DNA of 62,866 nt, taken from assembly GCA_017404025.1 (NCBI GenBank), contig JAFRDD010000013.1, forward strand, positions 1-62,866, given 5' to 3'. The position numbers and the translations under genes are program-made. This stretch comes from Clostridia bacterium (GTDB lineage: Bacteria; Bacillota; Clostridia; TANB77; CAG-508). Within the stretch, counting starts at the first letter, position 1; the number at the start of each line of letters is the position of its first letter. The notes beneath the pieces were generated by a model, which worked only from the letters and a program-made list of their open reading frames with translations, ran no database searches and was not told the origin of the DNA. Below, piece after piece: positions 19,601 through 27,183 of the stretch.

Positions 19601-20934
19601 CATGCTTCATTAAGCATAATATTATCAATATTTCCATTCTTCATTCTTATGTATTTCATATCTTGTCCACCAATATCAACTATTGCTGTTACATTTGGCT
19701 CAAATTCTTTTGCTGCTGTATAATGTGCTATTGTTTCTATTTCATTTAAATCTACATTTAAAGCTGTTTGTATTAATTTTTCTCCATATCCTGTAACACC
19801 GCTATATCTCAAAACATGTTTTTCATCTAATATGCTATATACTTTTTTTAACATTTCCATTACACTTTTTAATGGATTTCCTTCATTACTTCCATATAAT
19901 GAATATAAAAGCCTACCATCTGAGTCTATTAAAACTAATTTAGTTGTTGTTGAACCTGCATCTATCCCTAAGAAAATGTCTCCTTCATATTCTTCTAGAT
20001 TATTTCTTTTAACTTTTGCTTTTAAATGTCTTTTGCTAAATTCTTTATATTCTTCTTCTGTTTTAAATAATGGGTCTAATGGCTTAGTAGTATTATCATG
20101 AGAATTCCTTAAATTTTGTATCTTCTTTTCTAATTCTTTTGCTGTTATTGTTTCTGAATTAAATGAATCTAATGTTGCACCTTTAGCTACTAATAAATGA
20201 GCTTCTTCAGGTACTATTATTTCATCTTCACTTAAATTTAATGTTTCTATAAATCTTTGTCTTAATTCAGAAAGATAATTAAGTGGTCCTCCTAAAAATG
20301 CAATATTTCCTCTAATTGGCCTACCACAAGCCAAGCCACTTATAGTTTGATTAACTACTGCTTGAAATATTGATGCTGCAATATCTTCTTTAGCTGCTCC
20401 TTCATTTATTAATGGTTGTATATCTGTTTTGGCAAAAACTCCGCAACGTGAAGCTATTGGGTATATTGTTTTGTAATTTTTTGCAAGTTCATTTAACCCT
20501 TGTGTATCTGTATGTAATAATGATGCCATTTGGTCTAAAAATGCACCTGTTCCACCAGCACATGTTCCATTCATACGTTGCTCTATTGATTCGTCAAAAT
20601 ATATTATTTTAGCATCTTCTCCACCTAATTCTATTACTACATCTGTTCTTGGAATATATTTTTCTACAGCCCTTTTGCAAGATACTACTTCTTGTAAAAA
20701 ATTTACACCTAAAAATTTTGCTGCTGACATTGCTCCAGAACCTGTTAATGCTAACGTAAATTTATTATCTGGATATTTTTTTATTAATTCTTCTAATACT
20801 ACACATACTGTATTTTTAGTGTCTGAATAATGTCTTTGATAATTTTTATAAATTGTATTTTTTTCTTCATCCATTACTACTATTTTTACTGTTGTAGATC
20901 CTACATCTAATCCAACATGCAATATATTTTTCAT
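16621..20934 (-). CDS. CoA-substrate-specific enzyme activase fusion (two BadF/BadG/BcrA/BcrD ATPase modules + 2-hydroxyacyl-CoA dehydratase-like domains)
   Basis: 1437-codon ORF. Duplicated actin-fold ATPase starts are GLDVGSTTVK and GIDAGSTTTK. It is followed by large Cys-containing dehydratase-like domains. This long fusion is common in Clostridia. Confidence 0.82.
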   Translation of the reverse strand: MKNILHVGLDVGSTTVKIVVMDEEKNTIYKNYQRHYSDTKNTVCVVLEELIKKYPDNKFTLALTGSGAMSAAKFLGVNFLQEVVSCKRAVEKYIPRTDVVIELGGEDAKIIYFDESIEQRMNGTCAGGTGAFLDQMASLLHTDTQGLNELAKNYKTIYPIASRCGVFAKTDIQPLINEGAAKEDIAASIFQAVVNQTISGLACGRPIRGNIAFLGGPLNYLSELRQRFIETLNLSEDEIIVPEEAHLLVAKGATLDSFNSETITAKELEKKIQNLRNSHDNTTKPLDPLFKTEEEYKEFSKRHLKAKVKRNNLEEYEGDIFLGIDAGSTTTKLVLIDSDGRLLYSLYGSNEGNPLKSVMEMLKKVYSILDEKHVLRYSGVTGYGEKLIQTALNVDLNEIETIAHYTAAKEFEPNVTAIVDIGGQDMKYIRMKNGNIDNIMLNEACSSGCGSFIETFAKSLNIEISEFVNEAIKAKRPVDLGSRCTVFMNSKIKQAQKEGYTVGDISSGLSYSVIKNAIQKVMKVRDVETLGKHIVVQGGTFYNDAVLRAFELIVGKNVVRPDIAGLMGAYGMALLSKEQYESNLDMEYKSKIASAEEIDKLEIKVTHTRCNNCENHCKLTINKFSNGQIHVSGNRCEKGAGVVTKSKDLPNLVQYKYNRIFDYKPLEEEEAKRGTIGIPRVLNMYEDYPFWFTFFTNLGFRVIISEKSNRKTYEKGMESMPSESVCYPAKLSHGHIESLIEQGITTIFYPCMPYSRKEYEKADNRYNCPIVISYAEVLRNNVESLKTEKIKFLNPFLPFETKNLVKKIMELEEFKGYNFTKQELTEAAKKAEEEYQNCKKDIQNKGYETVKYLEENNLKGIVLAGRPYHIDPEINHGIDTLITSLGLSVLTEDSISNQTEAKRPIRVVDQWVFHARLYAAADFVGKHDCLELVQLNSFGCGVDAVTTDQVEEILASFGKMYTLIKIDEVNNLGAVRIRIRSLLASMKKREQEKKEEENIGDYGIKKNIFTKEMRKDYTILVPQMAPIHFELLETALSSCGYNVKLLRECTNHTIETGLKYVNNDACYPSIITTGQFIEALQSGKYDVNKTAIIMSQTGGGCRATNYIGFIRKALKDAGLSQVPVISFNLVGMEKNPGFKFTIPMLEKMIKSVIYGDLLQKVLTKNRAYEVNKGETQKLYEEWLEKCKNLIKKSNNKQFKQSIYDIVNDFEKIELDASVKKPKVGIVGEVLIKYHPFGNNFVADLLEKEGAEVILPDFMGFLKFMATHKITFNSLLNINKTSAKVSKAVIKVIDILEKDIKIALANSKKGYLGPCDIWHLETQVKDVLSIGNQTGEGWFLTAEMIEYIENGIPNIVCVQPFACLPNHVVGKGVIKTIRSKYPEANISPVDYDPGASETNQANRIKLLMTVAKDNLKIKQNEKNALDNENNVKKETANV

Positions 20935-21025
20935 TTAAATAACTCCTTTTTACTATACTTTTTCTCACATTATCATGTCAATTGTATACGGAAAAAGGCT
21001 TTTTGTCAAATGGAAATAGTTTCCA

Positions 21026-21102
21026 TTGCCAAAGGGACGGTTCTCTTGGCAACCTTGAAATATAAACATAAAAAATTGCCAAGAGAACCGTCCCTCTGGC
21101 AA
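21026..21102. repeat. REP-like units, inverted pair
   Basis: TTGCCAAAGGGACGGTTCTCTTGGCAAC (21026-21053, reverse orientation) and TTGCCAAGAGAACCGTCCCTCTGGCAA (21076-21102) with a 22-nt spacer. Lies between the activase gene start and the last T4SS-block gene. Confidence 0.85.
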
Positions 21103-21109
21103 TCATCTA

Positions 21110-22069
21110 TTATAAATCTATTGTTAAACTATATGTTTTTACTGCATTTTTAAGTTCTTTTTCCCATAGTTCGTCTACTCCTGTGTACTTTTCTAAAATG
21201 CATATTTTATTAAATATTATAGCTGTAGGTTGTTTAGCTTCATCAAAATATATTGGAAATTCAGATTCAAATTCTAATTTTTGATTTCCTCTTACAACTT
21301 TTTCGTCACTGTTATAAAAATCTTTTCTTTCTTTTCTTGTTTCTCCATTTAATGAAACTCCTATCCAATCATTCCCACTATCTCTTTCTAGTAAAACAAT
21401 ATTGTCTGTTTTACTGCTAAGTCTATATCTATATACTATTTTATCATAATATGTTACTTTTGCTAGCATTGATAATTTCATATATTCATCTTCTGCCGCT
21501 TTGTTATTTAAACTTTCTGCTTTAATAAATCCTTTTACAGCTAATTTATAATCATTACCATCTTTTGTAAGTACAACTTTTTCAAGATCAGTTTTATCTG
21601 AGTCTTTACCATTCATTCCTGTTGCCATTATATCTTCAAATATAGAAACTTCATATATGTATACATTATCTTTGTTTGAAAAATCTTGTATACTATAAAC
21701 TTTATTTCCACTAAATAGTGAATTTACATATATTTTAAATTTGTCTATTTTATCATTAAAGCAATACTTTTTGCAATCATCTGATAATATATTATAAGCA
21801 GATTCATAATCTTTTGCTTTTGCAAAATCCATAAATTCTTTTATTTTTGTTTCTATGGTTTGTTGTGCTTTTTTAGATGTTATTTTATCTCCAGAAATAA
21901 TTGGATCATGTGGATCATATGCTGTTGAAGGAGGCTTAGCATCTTTTATTCTTCCTAGTGTCATATTTATTCCTATTATTATTGTTAAAACTATTAATGC
22001 TATATATATTTTATATTTATGTTTTCTAATAAAATCAATTATTTTTAATCTTAAATCTGTAAAATACAT
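21110..22069 (-). CDS. Bitopic membrane protein, paralogous domain to 22087-22605 (NTF2-like guess)
   Basis: 319-codon ORF with one N-terminal TM. Segment FAKAKDYESAYNILSDDCKKYCF...YIYEVSIFED aligns with YIEKKDYQSAYNLLYPEFKATYF...YVVEISIKD of the neighbour. Confidence 0.55.
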   Translation of the reverse strand: MYFTDLRLKIIDFIRKHKYKIYIALIVLTIIIGINMTLGRIKDAKPPSTAYDPHDPIISGDKITSKKAQQTIETKIKEFMDFAKAKDYESAYNILSDDCKKYCFNDKIDKFKIYVNSLFSGNKVYSIQDFSNKDNVYIYEVSIFEDIMATGMNGKDSDKTDLEKVVLTKDGNDYKLAVKGFIKAESLNNKAAEDEYMKLSMLAKVTYYDKIVYRYRLSSKTDNIVLLERDSGNDWIGVSLNGETRKERKDFYNSDEKVVRGNQKLEFESEFPIYFDEAKQPTAIIFNKICILEKYTGVDELWEKELKNAVKTYSLTIDL

Positions 22070-22086
22070 CTTTTAGCCTCCTTTCT

Positions 22087-22605
22087 TTATTTTTGAAATG
22101 ATATAAAATAATCATTATAATCATTTTCTTGTACTATAAATTTGCCTGATTTGCTATATCTTTTTTGCTCTTTCAAAAAATCTTTTATTGAAATCTCAAC
22201 AACATAATATGAACCTTTTAAGCTTATGTCATTATATTCAATGCTAAGCATATTAGGATATTTTTCATCTTGTAAATATTTTTTAAAATCTTCTAATTTA
22301 GGAAAATATGTTGCTTTAAATTCTGGGTAAAGTAAATTGTATGCAGATTGATAATCTTTTTTCTCTATATATTTAAAATATGTTCCTAGATATATTCTAA
22401 TTCTTTCTGCTTCATCTACTTTTTTTAATTTTTTTATCATCTCTTCATCTGATTTGTTTTGTATATTTGTATTTGTACTTACAACATTTTCTGGTTCTTC
22501 TTGTTTTGGCTTTACATTTTTATATATTACTAAAAAAATCACTAAAACTACTACAAGCGCTAATATTATAATTAATAAAATTTTTTTATTTTTATCTAAT
22601 TTCAT
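22087..22605 (-). CDS. Bitopic membrane protein, paralogous domain to 21110-22069
   Basis: 172-codon ORF with one N-terminal TM. Shares the KDY[EQ]SAYN[IL]L motif with the neighbour. Confidence 0.55.
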   Translation of the reverse strand: MKLDKNKKILLIIILALVVVLVIFLVIYKNVKPKQEEPENVVSTNTNIQNKSDEEMIKKLKKVDEAERIRIYLGTYFKYIEKKDYQSAYNLLYPEFKATYFPKLEDFKKYLQDEKYPNMLSIEYNDISLKGSYYVVEISIKDFLKEQKRYSKSGKFIVQENDYNDYFISFQK

Positions 22606-22621
22606 AATACTCTCTCCAATT

Positions 22622-25600
22622 CTATTCTGTAGCTAAAGCATTTATCAATTGTAAATAAATTTCTCTGTCAGTTGTCGCTGCATTTTCAAAAACCGCTAAA
22701 CCATCAAAGCTTTCTAATTCTTCCATTGTTTCTAACGGCCTTTCAAATCTATTTGTAACATAGTTACCAAAATCATATATTGCATCATTGTAATTTGCAT
22801 ATTGTCCAAAACCATTACTACTAAATCCTGTTACTCCTTGTTGCCCTGTCCAATACATAATATTAGCTAATCTATATTCACCAGGATATGCTGTACCGCA
22901 TCCAGATTCACCTTGTATTACAGCAATTGCTGCAAGTGGATCAATATTAAATTCACTTTGTATTCTCATTAACCCATCCATCATAGATCTAATATTTGCT
23001 ATTGCACTTTCAGATAGTCCAAAGTTTTGACATGCTTTAATTATATCTTCTTCTGTTCTATGTCCATTTTCACTAGCAGATATAAGTGTTTCCATACTAT
23101 ACTCATTTTGAACAATTGCACCATTTTCATCTCTTAAAGTTAATTTAACGTCTTGTTTTTTTGTTACACCTAATTGTCCACCTTTTCCAACAGAATCTCC
23201 AAGTCCTTCATTAACTTTAAATCCTGAAATCAAAATTGTGTAATCTTTAGCTTCTCCAGCCTCTGTTATTCTTATACATATAGCATCTTCTGTTATATAT
23301 TCGATTTTTCCACCCATTGGTGCTCTTACTGGTGTACCTTCTTCAAAACCATCTTCCTGTGTTGGAGGTAATTTTGCTCTTATAACAGTATCATCACCTT
23401 CAGGTAGCAATTTGTCTGGACTATCGATTCCATCTACAGTATTAACAAATAATTTTTGTTTTAAAGCTGTTTGCTTTTTCTCTTTGAAACGTATATTAAA
23501 GTCTCTCATTAATCGTTTAAAATCACGAATTATATCTTGTGAATCTTCACCTTCTATTTGTTCAAGCATTGCAAGAGCATCAACTGCTGTTTCACTAAAG
23601 GTAATTTTATCATTTTCTGCTATTTGTCCTGTTCCATCAAATTTGTCATATTTATAGTTTAGCAATCTTTTAACTTTCTCCCCTGCTTTTCCTACACGTT
23701 GTCCATCTTTAATTTGTACAACAGAACCCGGTGAAATTTCCTCTAAAAATACTAGTCCTGCATTACTTGCTTTTCGTGTAGCTTCTTTATCTGCATCTGT
23801 TGCTTCATGCATATAAGTTCTTTTTCTATAATTTTCAGATGTATCCCAATAATAACAATATCCCCCAGTAGAGTCACCTTTAAAGCTTATATCTTGATAC
23901 CAATGATTTTTTACTTCTAACAATATTGGTATTCTTTTTGTAAATCCATCTGTTACTTCTCCTGTTTCTTCATCTATTTCACCAATATTATATTCAAACA
24001 TATCATCTAATAATGTTCTTACATCTTCAGCTGTTAACTCTTCATCTTCTAGTTTTGCATTTATTGCATTTATTAATGCATTTGGTATAGAATTTCTCCA
24101 AAACCAACCATCACTATTTTTATAATATCCGACTAAACTTCCACTTTCATTGGTTTTTTCATCTCTCATATAAGAATAATCATCAAAATTTCCATTTCCA
24201 AGCGGTGCTGGTGTTATTACTTCTTTGCCATCCTCATCTAGCTCTACAGATACTAATCTATAATAATCTCTATGTCTCCAGAATAACATCATATCTCCTT
24301 CAACACTTTCGTTTGGAGCATGATAGTTAGATATATTGTGCATTATATATACATCATACAAACTTGCAACATTTGGTACAAAATAGTAATCACCTGACAT
24401 TCCCATATATCCAGAATTGTAAACAGTACCATCTTCAGCAACACCATCTCCTTCTGTTTCATAAATAGTAATAGGTGCTCCTTTTTTAGCATTCATTGTA
24501 GAACCTGTACCATTATAATAATATCTTTGATATGTATTGTTTCCAGAATATGTTAAATCATCTTTTATATCCATTACTAAGCTTCCTGTACCATTCCAAT
24601 TTAAACTTCCACCTCTTATACCATCTTCATCACTGTATTCACAATACATAAAATCTTGTATAGGTCTAAATTTGAAATTTTCAACTATTATTCTTCTTGC
24701 TTTGCTAAGTGCCTCTTCAGAATTATCTGGAGCCATAGGTGAAGATGGCCCTAAAACAATAATACTGCCATCATCCTGTTCTTTAATAATTTCCAATGCT
24801 TTTAATCCATAGCAAATACTTGCCAAATATGTATCTTCTATTGTGTAATAATATTCTGCAACTCTTTGTGAAGCAATTGAAGCACTAGAATTAAATGATG
24901 TACTTTTACAAACAAAAGTACCTGCATATAATTTTTCTCCCCCATTAGCTTCTCTTGTTTGTTTTATAGCCTCTTCCGTATCATCAAGCCATTTCAATAC
25001 ATTTCCTTCATAATTATCTGTAGCAATTTGAGCTATAGATTTTTTCATATACTCTGGATATGTATTATCACTAATCCTCTTTGCTTCCTCAATAGTTTTA
25101 ACTCCTTGTTCGCCTTTTCCAGTTTCCCCTGAGCTTACTCTATGTGGATGGAAGTCTGATGTTCTAGTTTTTTCTAAATAATAAAATTTTTCGCCTTCTT
25201 CTTCTCCTAAATCCAATAATAATTTAGATTTCATGGCATTATTTTTTACTTCTAATAAGCCTATTTCCGTAACTGTTCCAGATCCTTCATCTTCCTCTGT
25301 ATCTGGATTATCAACTTTATTTATTGCTGCTATTTGTGCAAAATTGTAAGCAAAATCTGGTGCTAATGTTGATAAATGCATTGTTAAAGATAATTGCAAT
25401 GGTATTCCATATCTACTTACCCATCCATCTAGTGGATAATCATAATATGTTACTTTTTGCCATCCATCATTTCCATTATATACTCTCATCGTTTTGGTTG
25501 ATCTGTCTACAGCAACTAAATCTATTATTTGAGCCTCTGATACTTTATCTACTATATAGTAAGGTAATCCTACCATAGTTTTACCAACCTCCATGACAGC

Positions 25601-27166
25601 ATCTTTAATCCATTGTGCAAATTCTGGTAACTTATCTTCTAAAGATTCCTCACAGTTAATAAATTCACATTCATCTTCATCAATATTTTCAATATAATCA
25701 CTAGGTAAAATCTCCTCATCTGTTGTAAAATATATCATACCACAGCCTTCATCTTCTTCAACTTTTCTTCCAAATAGTTTACCAGCTTTAATGTTTGCAT
25801 CAGTATAAAAATTTCTTATTAAATATGTTGAATTTTCTGCAGATAAATACATTCCTAAATATTTTGACATTACAAATCCAACATTTCCACTACTATCTAA
25901 TACTAATTTAATATTCTTCCTTATTTCTGATTCTGACTGTCCTTCTTTATAATTGTACACATATACTGTAACATATTCTGGAGCTTCTTCAGATGGATCA
26001 GCATCTTTTGTTCTATCTGCTATACTACCAGTACTAAAATCTGTTAGTGGTAACTGACTTGCATCATAAGCATCTGTATCTAATTGTTTCATTTTACTAA
26101 ATAACCATACACCAAATTTAGTATCCCATTCTCCAGTAATAAAATCAGTCCAGTCTATAACATCTGATAATTGTGTGTTATCTACTTTTGCAGTCAATTT
26201 AGTTAAATTAGTTACAGGTTTAGGAGTACCATCATCATCCTCGTCCTCACTACCATCATGAGTTAAAAAACCGAAACCGTTTAAATCATACCCCATCTGC
26301 ACTAAATATTCTCCTGCTTCAGCCATATCTTTTTTAGTTATCATAATTTGATTTGCTCTTGAACCATTTACAAATATTTGGGCATCTCTCCAAACATCAC
26401 TTATAGCTTCACCTATTCTATCTACTACCATTCCAGGCATTTCTACAAAAAATGCTATTATTCCAACTGCCATAATAATTATTATTAATACAATTATTAC
26501 TATACCTAATGCCCCAGCGGCTCCACCACCAGCTCCAGCAGCAGCACTTCCACCGGCACTTGCTCCGGCACTTGCTCCTGCTTCAGCACCTGCTTCGGCT
26601 CCCGCTGTTGAAGTTGCTGTTGTTGTTGAACTAGTCGTTTCTGCTGTAGTTGTTGTTTGTGATGTTGTTTGTGACGTTTGACTTTGTGATTCATGGCCAT
26701 CTTTTAATTTCGAATTATCTTGTCCTTTGGGTTTTTTATCTGATTTTAGTTCATCATCTATATCTGAATTGTCATTTCTTCTTCCGTTTGCTGAATCTGG
26801 TTCATCAGAATCTGGTTTATTTTTGTCATCTTTTTGCTGACTATTTTTATCATCACTATCTTGTTTTTGATTATTATTATCTTGATCTTGATTATCATCA
26901 TTATTATTGTCATCTTGATCATTGTTGTCATCATCATCGTCGTCGTCTTGGTCTTCATCTTCTTCATCGTCGTCATCGTCATCTTTTAAATTCTCATCAT
27001 CTTCTTCTGTTAATTGTTGATTTAAACGTTTTTTTCTATTTTCTTCTTCTTCTAATTCCATTAAACAGTCTAAACAAAGACCTGTTGGATCATTGATAGG
27101 AATATATCTTATTTTACACCTTTTACAAAGCTTTTTATTTGCTTGTTCATTTACATTGTCAGCCAC
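22622..27166 (-). CDS. Giant T4SS-associated protein: Zn-ribbon, acidic low-complexity tail, TM, large exodomain, degenerate LytM-like and lysozyme-like C-terminus
   Basis: 1514-codon ORF. CKRC...CLDC at aa 14-34. D/E/N run at aa ~53-145. TM at aa 219-241 (26444-26512). GTPVRAPMGGKIEYI... barrel-like segment at 23102-23347, without His ligands. DPLAAIAVIQGESGCG segment at 22625-22984. Confidence 0.75.
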   Translation of the reverse strand: MADNVNEQANKKLCKRCKIRYIPINDPTGLCLDCLMELEEEENRKKRLNQQLTEEDDENLKDDDDDDEEDEDQDDDDDDDNNDQDDNNNDDNQDQDNNNQKQDSDDKNSQQKDDKNKPDSDEPDSANGRRNDNSDIDDELKSDKKPKGQDNSKLKDGHESQSQTSQTTSQTTTTAETTSSTTTATSTAGAEAGAEAGASAGASAGGSAAAGAGGGAAGALGIVIIVLIIIIMAVGIIAFFVEMPGMVVDRIGEAISDVWRDAQIFVNGSRANQIMITKKDMAEAGEYLVQMGYDLNGFGFLTHDGSEDEDDDGTPKPVTNLTKLTAKVDNTQLSDVIDWTDFITGEWDTKFGVWLFSKMKQLDTDAYDASQLPLTDFSTGSIADRTKDADPSEEAPEYVTVYVYNYKEGQSESEIRKNIKLVLDSSGNVGFVMSKYLGMYLSAENSTYLIRNFYTDANIKAGKLFGRKVEEDEGCGMIYFTTDEEILPSDYIENIDEDECEFINCEESLEDKLPEFAQWIKDAVMEVGKTMVGLPYYIVDKVSEAQIIDLVAVDRSTKTMRVYNGNDGWQKVTYYDYPLDGWVSRYGIPLQLSLTMHLSTLAPDFAYNFAQIAAINKVDNPDTEEDEGSGTVTEIGLLEVKNNAMKSKLLLDLGEEEGEKFYYLEKTRTSDFHPHRVSSGETGKGEQGVKTIEEAKRISDNTYPEYMKKSIAQIATDNYEGNVLKWLDDTEEAIKQTREANGGEKLYAGTFVCKSTSFNSSASIASQRVAEYYYTIEDTYLASICYGLKALEIIKEQDDGSIIVLGPSSPMAPDNSEEALSKARRIIVENFKFRPIQDFMYCEYSDEDGIRGGSLNWNGTGSLVMDIKDDLTYSGNNTYQRYYYNGTGSTMNAKKGAPITIYETEGDGVAEDGTVYNSGYMGMSGDYYFVPNVASLYDVYIMHNISNYHAPNESVEGDMMLFWRHRDYYRLVSVELDEDGKEVITPAPLGNGNFDDYSYMRDEKTNESGSLVGYYKNSDGWFWRNSIPNALINAINAKLEDEELTAEDVRTLLDDMFEYNIGEIDEETGEVTDGFTKRIPILLEVKNHWYQDISFKGDSTGGYCYYWDTSENYRKRTYMHEATDADKEATRKASNAGLVFLEEISPGSVVQIKDGQRVGKAGEKVKRLLNYKYDKFDGTGQIAENDKITFSETAVDALAMLEQIEGEDSQDIIRDFKRLMRDFNIRFKEKKQTALKQKLFVNTVDGIDSPDKLLPEGDDTVIRAKLPPTQEDGFEEGTPVRAPMGGKIEYITEDAICIRITEAGEAKDYTILISGFKVNEGLGDSVGKGGQLGVTKKQDVKLTLRDENGAIVQNEYSMETLISASENGHRTEEDIIKACQNFGLSESAIANIRSMMDGLMRIQSEFNIDPLAAIAVIQGESGCGTAYPGEYRLANIMYWTGQQGVTGFSSNGFGQYANYNDAIYDFGNYVTNRFERPLETMEELESFDGLAVFENAATTDREIYLQLINALATE

Positions 27167-27183
27167 AAAATCACCTCCTTACT

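Noticed and set aside
26506-27096. ORFs 26506-26700(-), 26758-26982(-) and 26650-27096(+) inside the giant gene
   Set aside because: These are alternative-frame readings of the low-complexity acidic and Ala/Gly-coding repeats of the 1514-codon ORF. Their compositions are repeat artefacts.
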